From Lepidodermella squamata (taxonomy: Eukaryota; Animalia; Gastrotricha): a stretch of 64,000 nt of DNA. Under the pieces are notes generated by a model. That model did no database searches. It was not told where the DNA came from and saw only the letters and a program-made list of their open reading frames with translations. A program made the position numbers and the translations under genes. Shown piece after piece: positions 12,301-25,000 of this stretch. The stretch's first letter is position 1; each line of letters opens with the position of its first letter. Location of the stretch: positions 2,728,001-2,792,000 of the forward strand of contig JBLDXI010000007.1 in NCBI GenBank assembly GCA_047495785.1, given 5' to 3'.

Positions 12301-15300
12301 CAAGTAACTTGTGCTCTTCATCTGATATTTTTGATATTTTTAGCTTGGCTACCACCGATGTACAAAGACTTGTCCGAGAAATCGCTTCGTCGCTCGCAAC
12401 AAGTGGCGGACAAGGTCGTAGCAGACACCGTTGAAGCGTTACTCGGCCTATTTCTAACAACCTGCGGCCCGCAATGCGCCCTGAAATTCCTCCAAAACTT
12501 CGGCCTCGAATTCCGAGACATGCCAAAATTGGACAATTCACCCGAATCAGACTTCAGCACGTGGGCGCCGTTGATGAACCTTGAATTGATTGAAAACGAA
12601 GAAATCGAAGCTAAATGGGTTGAATTACGACTCGACGATGTTGAAGCGAAACTCGGCTATCATTTCAAGCACAAACACCTGTTGATTCAAGCTTTTTGCC
12701 ACCGATCGGCTAGTTACGGCCAGTTTCAATCCTACGAACGCCTCGAAGTTCTGGGCGATGCTTTGATCGATTACCTAGTCACGGCGTGTCTATTCTCGAA
12801 ATCAGCCAAATTCAACCCCGGAATTCTCACCACGGTTCGAATGGCTGTTGTGAATAACGACGTTTTGGGCGCGATTTGTGTCCTGAATAATTTCCACCAG
12901 CACATCAACGCTGCGCCGTCTGAACACTCGGCCATCAGTGCTTTTGTCAATGAATTTACGAGTGAGACGATGAATCGCGAGGTGAAGGCCTGTCCGTTTC
13001 TGAATTGCGGCTCGTGGGGCGATTCTGTTGAAGTCCCGAAGGTGTTGGGCGATGTGTTCGAGGCAGTTGCTGGCGCTGTTTTCGTCGACTGTGGCCTGAA
13101 TTTGGACACTTTCTGGGCCGCAATTCATCCTCTTCTTGAAAGTACAATTGGTAAGCCAACAAGTTTTGCGTTTTTCTTCATTTTTCTGTGCTTGCAACTA
13201 ATCATCGGCGCCTGACTAAAGGTGTTTAAGGAGTTTCCTTTTACCTATCCATTTTGGGCCCGAATTCGGCCCGTCTGTGGCCGGATAATGCCACTTTACC
13301 ATTCCGCGCTCTACAATGTGCCTGTGTGCAACGTTTACTGCAAATTCAACAAAGTTCATCAAATTTCGCTTCGCTGCACACGTTCCGGCAGAGATACTTT
13401 TCACGTCGTTATTCAACTCCTTCTTAATTGTATCCACCACCTCGTAGGATCTGCCTACTCTGTTGGTTATTGCCACCATCTTCTCTTTTTCTTCTGGTGA
13501 AAAAGGGTATAACGAGCTTTCGGAGAGGTCTCTGCGTTGGGTACTGGGGCCGAAATAATGGGTAATGATGTCGAACAGTTTTTAGAGACCTCTGAATTCG
13601 ATGACAGCGTTTTAGGGGAATGCTAGACACCTGCCCCGCTGTGGCATTCGACCAAGATCCTGTCGTTAAGTCAAAGCTATACAGATAGCTTTGCTTCATG
13701 TTATATCTTACCGACAATGATTTTCAGAAAATAGCTGATTAAACGCACAAGTGGCAATGAACTTTGTATTCAAGCGTTCAATCGTTCTTCTGTCAGGTTC
13801 TTGGCCCAACTCAAATTCGAGTTCAGCTAGGTCAAACTGGGACAAAATGAGATTTTTCAGTTGGGTTGGGGGGTTGTCCGAAATTTGGTCGGCCTTGAGA
13901 CATCCGCCGAACTATATCAAGGAAAAGTAAGGCTTTTTACAGCAAAAGATGGGACAATGCTTTTGGGTAAAGTCGTTTAAACTCAATTCGGGTTCCTCTC
14001 CAATCCTTAATTTTATCCGTAGGATATGAGTACGAACACGTTATACCGGCAACATTAGCGCCGGCCTTCTCCGCTGCCGATCTTGAGGTAAACGGCTTGT
14101 TTGTAGGCACCTTATTGTCTATGGTCAGGTTGGATGATTTGATCGTCTCGACTTCGTGCCGCATGAAACAGCGAGTAATGACCCCATGTTCTGTTCTAAT
14201 AATGTAGTCGCCATAGTCGCCGATCCGCGAGACGCTCCCAGTAGGCGTTGCGGCTCTGTTTGGTTCCGTTCTTCCTTTGTGATCGGTACTGGTACCTGGG
14301 TACCGACCACCAGCGCGGGGTATTTGAGTTTCAAGGCAGTCAGCATTCGATCGGCTTGTTTGTTCAGGCTAGTAGAAGCAGTAGCCCGAACTTCGGACTG
14401 CTTTTGTTGATAGTAGCATAGATCACACTCGTCTCTCGCCTGTTGCATTTCTTACATGGATTTATGAGAGCCAAACTGTTGTTTGAAGCGTAGGGGGGCG
14501 AGCTGGAGAAGTTGTAAGTCGGAATTTGAACGTGATTCGACCAGCTTGCCAGGGGGACATTGGACCTTCTAAAGTTCTTTTCAAACGTAGATTTCATGAA
14601 GTAACATTTTGCAACGAAATGTAAAAGGCATTCGAACATCGGAAGGTCATCGTCATCAGATAGTTGATTTTCTTGCTCTGCATATCAGCGATGGACTCAG
14701 CAATGTCGGGCAATACCGAGTCGACAGGTAGATCTTCGACTTCATCCGTCTCAGGTCCGCAGTCGCTGACTTCTGGTCCCAAGGTCGAGTCTTCAAGATG
14801 GTGCTCAATCTCAGCCAAGTCGATGAGTACATGACCATTAGGGTTGACGTAGTAGCCGATGCGATTTTCGTCATTTGTAAATTGAGCTGTGAGTTTAAAT
14901 GGCAAATTGAACTTGCTTTCTGTGGGTGGAGCTCAGTATTACGCGTGCGTGATATTGACAAGTATAGCGCGTGCCGGCGATGGGTGCGTCAACATTCAGG
15001 AGTCAGTTCTCGGGCACTTGTCTTCTATCAACGCAATTTTGGTGTCAACTTCAAAATGCGGATTTTTGCCCGTTTCCCGGAAGAAAGTCGCGCAACCGTT
15101 TGATACCTGTTGTAGTCGCTTGTGTTGTAGAAAGATCGGCTAGTTTTTGCAAATTAGCTTGACGACCTGCTAGAAAATCACGGACCTGTTGGAAAGCGTT
15201 TGTCTGTGGAAAAAAATTAGCTTTCAGACTAATGAAACTACCTTAGGAATGACAGCTGGTTGAACAGACTAAGCGTGGACTGATCAGTCACTGTAGCCGA

Positions 15301-15726
15301 CTGGGGATTTGTAATCTGAATGTAACCTGATTCGGAAATGCTTTCGATGTTTCGTTATTTCCTTATTTTTAAGCTGGATTGTTTGCAAATTTTCATTATA
15401 TTTTTGTGAAATTTTAATATTTCGGTTTTTATTTTTATTTAGATCGATTCACTAACGAAAAGCCTTGCCATCCACTGCGAGAACTGCACGAACGCCTAGC
15501 ACTGGCTGGAATGAAATTCAGATTCGACTCGCCCCCAGCTGGCTTTTGTCTGCCGCCCTTGTCGAACGGAAGTGGCTCGGGTGTCATTCTATCGGTTTAT
15601 ATCGAAGATAATCGAAATCCAGCCGGCACAGGGCGCGGCACAAATCGCCGCCTTGCCAAACGAGCTGCTGCTAACATGGCCCTTGCTACTCTGAACGAAA
15701 TTATGCCGCCTCTTTCTTGGAGATGA
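3352..15726 (+). CDS. Dicer: Dicer (DExD/H helicase, DUF283, platform/PAZ-like, RNase IIIa, RNase IIIb, dsRBD), ~1771 aa; exons 3352-3402, 3461-3754, 3819-5733, 7722-9686, 12344-13150, 15443-15726
   Basis: LRPYQ, GTGMGKT, DECHH, ATNVLEEGLDVPQCN and QSKGRGR. DUF283 ends KRLANQAAALECCKLLYEKG|EID, followed by GTKKR. RNase IIIa has ERFELLGD...DTVE and RNase IIIb has ERLEVLGD...DVFE. The C-terminal dsRBD reads GRGTNRRLAKRAAA. All junctions are GT-AG and the summed exon length (5316 nt) is in frame. Confidence 0.95.
5798..7078. mobile_element. Non-autonomous Tc1/mariner-pogo-type DNA transposon in Dicer intron 3
   Basis: Perfect 23-bp TIRs CAGTGCTCCCTCGATATAAGCAA (5798-5820) and its reverse complement (7056-7078). 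TA flanks both ends, TTGCTCTTATCG-type subterminal repeats are present, and there is no transposase ORF. Confidence 0.9.
10420..10595 (-). mobile_element. Helitron PIF1-type helicase fragment
   Basis: Reads [47 protein letters not shown], the characteristic Helitron RepHel helicase segment. Confidence 0.85.
10596..11500 (-). mobile_element. Decayed Ty1/copia gag fragment (frameshifted)
   Basis: LGSNNY...DIVE...KP...AWDELDGTACSLTIRHVS...TADMWASIKDHF (copia gag/UBN2-like), LIALAPQYKSF and the zinc knuckle CSFCGKTGHARDVC. It is spread over three frames, and no pol or LTR was seen. Confidence 0.82.
11515..11830 (-). mobile_element. Decayed Tc1/IS630-like transposase N-terminal HTH fragment
   Basis: Manual translation gives ELVEMFGVK...G*GQNRPK...EYLVNVTENENCQVTLSTMRLRLIEEFAVTFSITNISEYLSSELITLKKV, resembling the winged-helix region of IS630/Tc1 transposases. 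It contains an internal stop. Confidence 0.6.
12040..12240 (-). pseudogene. Decayed OB-fold (RPA/SSB-like) coding fragment, probably TE-derived
   Basis: Manual translation gives FFLRDDRRKISVVIFGSQKPLVKNEGQVVNIKNC*FQQFRYTKQLFVNETAKIQ, which fits the OB-fold pattern LxDxxxxIxVxxFG...EGxVVxIxN...F...QL. Confidence 0.4.
14030..14450 (-). mobile_element. Decayed Ginger/KRBA2(SCAND3)-like integrase transposon C-terminal fragment in Dicer intron 5
   Basis: CDLC...VRATASTSLNKQADRML...KYPALVVGTQVPVPITKEERNQTEPQRLLG, then after a frameshift DYIIRTEHGVITRCFMRHEVE. This is typical of the region downstream of these integrases. Confidence 0.65.
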
Positions 15727-16506
15727 ATCTGTGATGTGAAACTGGAAAAAACGCAAAAAGACTGAAAAATGTGCAATTTTCAAAATTTTTATTATTCAAG
15801 CTGTTCTTGCCACAGAAAAAAATAGTCATACGATAATTAAAATATTATTATACAAAAGATTGCTGCAAATCAGTATGCTTGCCGAATTGATATAACGATT
15901 GTTGCGCTTTCTGATTATATTTATATTCGCCATATATATTCAAGTGAATGATTGCCAAATTTTGTTTTCTACCCCGAGTTGGTTGACTGCTGCAATAAAA
16001 AGTACCGGTTTTGGAACGTGGTTGAGTTCCTCTTTGTTGTTTCGCGAGTTACTTGATACCGGGGTCGGTTAATTAGCGGTATGGCGGCAAACAGCGGCAC
16101 TTATTGTGATGCCGTCTCTCGATAAACACGCGACACATACGGCCTCGTGTGAGTATTCACAGTTGTGCGCGCGTGAATCGGATTTCGCGCGGCAAGTTTG
16201 GACACGCATCAACACCATCTCGAAGCAGTGAATCATAATGAAAATTGCATAATCGTGCATGTCGTGATGTTTTTTATTGCTTGAAAAATATAATACATCA
16301 TCTACTCGAGTGCGCGAGTCGAGTGGCACCAGACTAATGCTAATGTGTGATGACGAAACAGCCAGAGACAAGTCGTCAACTGGGTGCGGCCTGGGGTGGT
16401 CGCGTTCTCTGACCTGGCAGCACCTGACAAGAACATCTTGATTGCACTTAGCCAGGTGCCACTACTTTTTATTATCTATAGAGTAAACAAACGAATACTC
16501 GTACGG

Positions 16507-19500
16507 ATGACTCACCAGAGCGCGGCCGTTTTAATTAAAGCGGCCTTATTAATAGCCTCCGCTTCCGTGAGCGCCGCTCAACAGGTGGCGGATCAAAGGC
16601 TCGTTGAAGCAATATGGAGTGGAGATTACGCAACCGTAGCGCAGCGGCTCGATACGGACGCGGATGCGGAAATGATAGACCCGATAACGAACTCGAGCCT
16701 GCTGTTCCTAGCCGTAAAAAACCATCGTGTCACAATTGCCCAACTGCTGATTCGATACGGAGCGGACTTTACTGCCCAGGACAAAACGGGCAACACTCCT
16801 CTTCACTACGCTGCTACGCTAGGGAATTTCCCTATGGTCGAGCTTTTAATCGAAAATGGAGCTGACCCGAACGCTTTGAATCCGAAAGATTGCAACCGCT
16901 CAGTTTTGCATGCCTGCTTTTCTCTGAATGTGGCAAATCGTTGTAACTCATATATAGCCCGGGTGCTTATCTCAGCTGGAGCGGATCCTTTTGTTAAAGA
17001 TTGCAACGGAACGACCTTGAACCAGTTGGCTAGCGATAACCCGAACAATGAATTCGTGTATGTCTATAACGAGCAGGAAAATCGAACAGCAAATTTCACG
17101 CCTGCAACCAGCAGCACCGCGCCAGATCTCTACCAAAGAGTGGTAAGGGCTGTTAGGCGGAATGACACCGATGCCTTGATTGGTTACATCGAAGAGAACA
17201 ACGCTGATACGGAATCTGAGTCTGGCCGGACACATTTAACCGCTTTATTTTACGCAGTTTTCATGAATGCTACTGAAATCGCGAAGATATTGCTCTTCCA
17301 TGGCGCCGATCCATACCGAACTGACGAGGCTGGAAACTCTCCGTTTTATTATGCGACTAGAATGGGTTACTACGAGATGACCAGGTTGCTCTTAAAATAC
17401 GGCGCCGAACCCAGCTCGGTAAATAGAGTTGACTGCGACCGTACTCCTCTTATCAATTGCTTGCGACCTGGGGTGATACTTGAAAATAAATGCGACATCA
17501 ACATGTTGAAGCTTCTGCTGAGAAGTGGTGCTAATCCTGAAATGTACGACTGCACCGGCACATCTGCTAGCAAATTAGCCAAAAATTTGAATAATGTGCA
17601 AGCAATCTACGCTTTCGACCCGAATTCAATGGCGAACCCTCCAGTGATTGCTACGACAACGCTGGCACCAAGGAGGCGCTTGCGACAGCCATTGTTATCG
17701 AGTAACATGACTCTAGTCGGAAACTACTCATCCTCGAGAAATGCATCTATTAGTAGCAACACCACAGACGATATGATGTGGGAGTTAATTCCGGCGAACG
17801 AGTTCATTCCTGAGGATTTGTTCAATACTTTGAGGAACGGCGATCTTATTCAACTAAACAAGATACTTGAATCTGGTATTGACCCTGATACAATCGAAGC
17901 AACCAGTAACCGAACGGCTCTTCTATACGCGATTGATGGTCGTTACCCGAATCAAGCCGCAAGTGTTCGAGCTCTTCTAGCTTCTGGAGCGAATATCAAC
18001 CGAACATATGACGGTTCTTTAACGGCTCTTCACGCCGCTGTAGTTCTAGGGAACGCTCCGTTGGTTCGACTTCTGCTGCAATATGGCGCTGATATCAACG
18101 CAATGACCGAAGATTGCGGCACAACTCCTCTGATGACCTGTGCTAGGCCATTTTCCCGAGGCACTGTTGGCGTTGAGAATCGCTGCAACGAAGTTATAAT
18201 TAAAATGTTGGTCCAGCTCGGCGCCGATGCTTCGACAAGGAATTGCCGGGGTCAAACTGCCTTAGCTTTGGCCAATCGTCATCCCAATCGCAAAGTGACT
18301 GAAGCTCTTGAGAAGTTAACTCCTATAGCTAGTGGACCCGTCATGCTAATTGGACAGAGTGCAACGCGGTCTTATATCGATATCTTACGGCAGCTATCGG
18401 TGTACGTCCCTCATCAGCTGGTTATCAGTGTCCTGCAGCCGAAAGGTGTGAGATTTGAATACGAAAGGGATGATCCTAGAGTCACGCGTCTTGTTATCGA
18501 ATATGGGATCGGCCAAGTTCGTGGTCAGCAAGACTACAGCTATCATTACGTTGTTCTTAATGCACCCGGTAAGTATGCCTATCAAAATTTAAGTTAGAAG
18601 TAATCGCAACCATTTACGCATCAGCCAATGCCTCGGATCCTTTTGTTTTCGTAAACAATGACTTGTCGCTCCAGCTTGATCAAACTATCTACTATCAAGT
18701 TGCAGCAACCTTAAACGACGGCCGCGTATTCGCTCATCGAAACTTGGCATGGACTTACACAGACGAGGCTTCTTTAAATGCAACAAACACAGGAAACGTA
18801 ATTTTGCTAAAATGTTGCTAAAATTTTTGAAATTATTGGCATTCACTTTAGGGTACCTTTGCACTGAGTGGAACTTTAGTAAATGCAACCATTATTTCTG
18901 GCAACTACACTGATGGGCCGATACCAGTTAATCTAACCATCCCAGTTAACGCCACCAGGGTGACGGTCACCAGAGTGTATCGAACTACAACCGCTCGATG
19001 GGCTAACGTTACCAGAACGCCAAGAAATAGAACAACAGCGAATCCTGATGAGATTTTACCCGATATTGCAAACCTCTACAATTTGACGATTGCTAACGTA
19101 TCGCTTAATACAACAGCGAGAGTAAGAACAACAACCCCTCGCAATTACAATGTAACGAGAAACAGGACATCGACGATAGATCCAGACAGCATTTTACCAG
19201 ATATTGCTGGCTTGTTTAACGAAACATCGAAGTCAAATTTTTCGACAGCAGTGGTGCGTACCACCATTGCTCCAACAACTCGTGGAAGACCGGCTAATTA
19301 CACGGGGCGAGCGAGCGGAACAACTCCTAGCATTGATTCGATTTTACCTGATTTATCCGGTCTGCTTAATCAATCTGGAGATTCTATGAATCGAACGATC
19401 AGGATAACAACAGCTGCCCCAACTACACGGGGTAGACCGGTGAATTACACGAGAAGGGCAGATGGCACCACCCCGAGCATTGATTCAATTTTGCCTGATA

Positions 19501-21385
19501 TCTCTAGTTTGTTCAATCAATCTGCTGACAATTCGTTCAGGGTAACTACAGTTGGGCCTACTACTCGGGGCAGGCCGGCCAACTATACAAGAAGGGCTGA
19601 TGGCACCACTCCAAGCATAGATTCGATCCTACCAGACATCGCAGGTCTATTCAACCAGTCTTCGGCCACTACTACAGTGGCGCGAACCACAAGAGGCCGA
19701 CCGGTCAACTACACAAGACGAGCCGATGGAACTACGCCCAGTATAGATTCCATTTTGCCCGACATATCTGGACTTTTCAACCAGACTGCTAGGCCCCCTG
19801 TTGTGACTACCATCGCAAGGACAACGAGAGGAAGACCTGATAACTTTACAAGGCGGGCCGATGGAACTACGCCAAGTATTGACTCAATCCTGCCCGATAT
19901 CTCAGGCCTTTTCAGCCAATCTAATCAAACTTCGATAAGAACCACTGTTGCCCCAACAACGAGAGGCAGGCCGGGCAATTACACCCGACGACCGGCAGGC
20001 TCAACGCCTAGTATCGATGAAATCTTGTCTGATATCAGCGGATTGTTTAACGCCTCTGGAAGTCTCGGGAACCGAACCACTTTAGCCCCGACTACACGAA
20101 GTAGATCTGCTAACTATACCAGACAACCCGCTGGTACAACTGTGAGCCATGGCTTGTTCAACCAAACTGTCGCGCGTACGACCCGTGGCAGGCCGGCTGG
20201 TTTTACCAGAAGACCTGAAGGGACGACAGTGAGTCCGGATGAGATACTCTCCGATATTGCCAGTATTTTTGATAATACCACTGAGCCGGTCTTGATTGAG
20301 CCTACTGAAGAGCCAACATCGGACATAGCTGGGGATCAAACCACAGCATCAACGCCAGACGAGGCTACGCCAGAAACTGGTGATCAAACAACTTTGAGGA
20401 CCCGAAGAACTACCGTTGACATGGACGAAATTCTTCCCGACCTTTCCAGCCTGTTCAATAACAACACAGGTAAGAATTTCTTTCCTAAGCAAAGGCTTAT
20501 CGCTGCTTTTTAGGTGAGGTAATGGGGGTCGATTTCTCTAAACTTTGGGTCTACCAGCAGTCGTGCGGACAGGCGAATTTAACTGAACTATCTGCCTTGC
20601 CTTGGAACGTGGTCTTAGACATCCGTTTCAATGACACTATGGATGAACCAGCGATTTGCGGCGGCACTTTGATTTCGAACCGAACTATGATCACATCTTA
20701 CCACTGCTTCGATCGCGGAGATGCTGAGGTGGTCAGGTGAAGTTTCCACCTTAATTATTTACTTTATTCTATTCTGGTTTTTATTAAGTATCAACGCAAC
20801 TTTGAATGATGGCAGCTTCCTTTCGGTAATTCTGGTCGACTCGCACCCCAACTACCTGTTTTCGAATCGGCAGTACGACTTGGCAATTCTTAAACTACCA
20901 GTCGAGCTTCCAGAGATCGAATTCGGCGAACAAGTTTCACCTGTATGCCTGCCTACCTTGGAGGATTGCTTAGCCGGGTTCATACCTGCCAAAGCGCCCG
21001 AGACCAATTCCAGCTGCGTTGCCTCCGGGTGGGGAAGAAGTAAGTCGATAATACTCTGAAAAAGCTAAGATAACATCTTCAATTTTCAGATGAAGCTGTC
21101 AGCACGATACCAGCTAATGTGTTGACTTATCAGCAATGCAACAGTTCTTATTTCGGACTGAGGGATACGACCACAGATACTGATATGTGCGTTTCATCTC
21201 CTGTCGACACCGACTGCCTGGGAGATGATGGTTCCGCAATCTTCTGCCCTGTAATATCTGGCGAAAACACCCGAATTATAGTTCAAGGATTCTCATCAGC
21301 CGGTGAGACGTGTTCAAGTGCTGAACAACCCTCCATCTACAGCCAGTTATGCCCTTCTATGCCGTGGCTTCTTTCAAAACTGTGA
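16507..21385 (+). CDS. Secreted ankyrin / CBM39-like / tandem-repeat / trypsin-homologue protein, paralogue 1 (~1540 aa); exons 16507-18568, 18625-18797, 18852-20469, 20514-20736, 20789-21039, 21090-21385
   Basis: Signal peptide MTHQSAAVLIKAALLIASASVSA, three ANK modules and a YVPHQLVISVLQPKGVRF...FVFVNND...YYQVAATLNDGRVF...WTY domain. About 10 repeats follow, then LPWNV...CGGTLIS...TSYHC...YDLAILKL...SPVCLP...GDDGS. The in-frame GT-AG junctions sum to 4623 nt. Confidence 0.85.
19000..20465 (+). repeat. Coding tandem repeat, ~10 copies of a ~40-45 aa unit (TTRGRPxNYTRRADGTTPSIDSILPDISGLFNQ)
   Basis: Seen directly in ORF 18960-20513. DNA copies differ mainly at synonymous positions. Confidence 0.93.
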
Positions 21386-22015
21386 ATGCACAATAAGAAC
21401 GCACCTGTAATTTACTAGCACTCGTTGATAATTTATGATGTAGATTCTAGAATTTCGTGATTATTTTTATTCGTTTTCAGTTCGATCACATTATTGATTG
21501 ATATTTTCGTACTAGTTCGTTTGTTTATAGATGCTGAGATTTTTTTCAAGAGCTGAGATCTTCATTAAAATTTGATCAGTTGACCTAAACCAAGGGGTTG
21601 TTGTTAATCTCACACCTGCAGGTAGTAGTAGTGATGCTGATGTTAATTTGAGTGGGCACGCATGTTCTACTATGATGAAGCGATAGCGCGCCGGTAAGAA
21701 GCGTCAAAATTATTATTATATTGTTAAAAAACGCGACCGTATATAATAGGGTGATACAATAATTATGATAAATGACGATCGAGCGAAAATGAGAGTGAGG
21801 GCAGTATAAATTTACAATGTGCGTATTAAATAAATAAATAAAATATACGCCTCAAAATGCTTTGAAGCCATACATCTGTTTGGCTCATGTTTTCTCGTCC
21901 ATTATTAATCCTTAACTTTTCAAGTCAAGTGGAGTAGCCTTTAATAGTACACGTGCGATCCTAGTAGCCAACAAAAATTGATCTAAATGTCTCAGCCTGT
22001 TATATAGTGTCGCAA

Positions 22016-25000
22016 ATGAATTTTAATTTATACCACGTTATCTTAATTTTACTTCATTTCGCAATCGAAACTCAGCAGCAGCAAGTTCAAAGGGTGATCG
22101 ATGCAATATGGAGTGGTGATTACTTAACCATCCAGCGCAATTTAGATTCTGGAATTGATCCGGAAGTTCAAGTATTCAACGGAACGTTGCTTACATTAGC
22201 AGTTAAGGCGCATAAAACAGCTATTGCTCAACTTTTGATACGTTATGGAGCCGATATCACAGTTGAAGATTTGCAAGGCTTTACACCTCTTCATTACGCC
22301 GTGGTCTTGGGAAATCTTCCAATGGTCGAAATGCTGGTGGAAAATGGCGCAGACCCTGCGGCACAATACGGCCATAAATTCTGCCAGGGTTCCGTTTTAC
22401 ACTCTTGTGTGAAGCCAAATGGCGGAAATCGCTGCAACGGATTGATTTTGGAGGCATTGATCACTGCTGGCGGCGATCTTAACGCTGAGGACTGCAAGGG
22501 ACGATCTGTTGCAGAGTATGCCATCGAGCATCCAGATCCGGAATTCGCAGATGCTAGCTTCATGTTCGAATCTTTCAGCGATAAGAAACCATCGGCTAGT
22601 CTCTCGAATTTTTCCGCGGAAATGCAGCTGGTTCAAGCAGTTCGGGCGGGCAACTTGACCAAAGTCTTGCAACTTTTGGATAAAGAGAAAGTGGATGTTG
22701 AAGCTGAAAATCCTTTTACTCATCTTTCAGCCTTATTCTACGCTGCGATCCGTAATCGGACTGCCATAGCCAAGGAATTGCTAGATCGAGGCGCAAATCT
22801 TTATCGAGTTGACGAAGCTTCAAATACACCGCTTTATTACTCTGTGAGATTAGGCTTCTTTGAAATGACGAAACTTCTCCTGGAAAATGGTGCTGACGCC
22901 ACTGCTGTAAACCGAATTGATTGTGGGAGATCCATTCTGATGACCTGCGCTCGATTTGGTGCCGTTTTGGACAACAACTGCAACTTCGCTATTGCGAAAT
23001 TGCTAATCGAGCAAGGGGCTAATCCTGAACTTTTTGACTGCAGCGGTATGACTGCGACAAAATTGGCGTACACCTCGGATAAAATCGATGTCTTGAGGGC
23101 TCTTGATCCGACTGCGGATGTTTCTGGGCCGAGCAAAGGAACGAGGCGACCTTTGAGAAAAGTCACTCTGCCAAACAAAATCGCCCTAGCGACTTCAACC
23201 GACATTACCATGAAATCTGGGGCTAGTGTGACAGCCAATTTTCTTAGCACTAACTTGACAACAATTAACGGGCCTACAACTACCAAGGCGTTAATAACTT
23301 CGAAGCCGACAACCACTAAGAGGATCACTACTACGATAACAACTACAACAACTTCAACAACAACTACTACTCCACCGTCAACTCGGGCCGGTCCCACCTT
23401 GCCGTTTTTCCTGGTTCGCAGGACGACTCGCAGAAACATCCCAGTAGCAGCACAAGAGGCGACAACTAGTACTACAACAACACCTGCGCTAGCTCCGTCA
23501 ACAGAAGTTACTCTCCTGGTAACTACTGAGCATCTAACGGATTCTGGGCTTAATACGACTCGAGATTTTCTAACAACAGAGTCCCACACGAAACTTGAGC
23601 CTAAAAGAGCATCCAGCAGCTCTATGGGGGGTTTGACTTCCCGGTCACGGAATCTTACTCAAGAAATTTTGAACGATTCGATTATTCCACCCAATGGACT
23701 GAAAATAAGGAGCCAACAAGAACCTATGAGGAAACCATTCAAAGCCTCCGAGTTATTTCAGAGCATTGAACTGGGGGATATCGTTCATTTGAGTGAAGTT
23801 GTTGATTCTGGAGACCTCGATCTTGAGACAACGACTCATAGCAGCACAAATTTGTCAGTCCTACTTTACGCACTAAATGGTCGCTATCCTAACCAAGCAG
23901 CTACGATAAGGATCTTACTCGAAACTGATCGGCAAAGTGTTCCGTTGAACACGAGTTTATTCTACGCTGTCAAACTGGGATCCACTCAGATATTGCAAAT
24001 GTTGCTGCAACATGGCGCTAATGTTAACGAAAACATCTGGGACGATTACAACTGTACTTGGACTCCTTTGCTAGCCTGTGTAAATGCAATAGGAAATTGC
24101 GACGAAGTCGGCATAAGGCTGCTAATGAGATTTGGCGCTGATGCCAGCGCTATGAATTGTAAGAATCAAACAGCTGCAGATCTTGTCCCGCTACGTCGTC
24201 CACCTGGTAATGATAAAGGAGGCCAAAATCGGATGCTGAAGGCTTTGAAACCTCAGTATGTCCCAGAGGTCACAACTCGTTATCCAGGGAAATACATATT
24301 CAATGCTCTGAAACAGTTATATAACTACGTACCTCGTGAGGTTGTATTTGAAGCGCTTGAGCCTCAAGGCCTTCGAATAGAGTACGCCAGAGACGACAGC
24401 CGAATTTCCGAAGTTTACGTCGTCCTAGGTAATGACACAGCTATTGATTACCTCGACATTATGAGCAACGCTACGTATTACCAATTGATGACTCCTGAGG
24501 ACGATCCATTCTCGCCGTTTACATATATCGATTTGGATAAAACACTCGTTGAAGGGCAGGTTGTTCACTACCAAATAGCGACTATTTTCGCTGATGGCCG
24601 AAAGTTTGCGCGAGGAAACCTAACTTGGACTTTCTTTGGATTCAACAATACAGGAATTTCGTCTGCCAATAGAACTCTTCTCAAAGCAACTGGACACTTG
24701 AGGGAGCGAATGGGATTCGATGGCAAGCCTAATGATTTATCCGTCCTTCAGTGTGGTCATATCGACCCAAGTTACTATCAGAGAATGGCAACAAATGACA
24801 CATTGGATACTCCGCTGCCATGGAATGTAAATTAAAAGCGTGTATTACTTTGGGTGTACTAATCATTAATCATTTCCATGACAGGTTAAGCTAATGATTC
24901 AGCATAGGACTCAAGGAAGATTCAACTGCAGCGCAGTTTTGGTATCTCCAACAAAGTTACTGGCGTCTATGGCTTGTTTTATTGACGACTCCATGTCTCA

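Noticed and set aside
3828-13215. Separate helicase and RNase III genes suggested by the ORF track
   Set aside because: In-frame GT-AG junctions join them into a single Dicer.
13216-13930. Minus-strand ORF remnants in Dicer intron 5 as a nested gene
   Set aside because: Fragmentary with stops and no family I can recognise; counted only as unassigned decayed coding sequence.
19000-20465. Regularly spaced DNA repeats as a CRISPR-like array
   Set aside because: They are in-frame coding repeats with synonymous variation in a spliced eukaryotic gene, with no cas genes.
22837-23589. 250-aa Val-rich minus-strand ORF
   Set aside because: Antisense shadow of the Thr-rich linker of paralogue 2.
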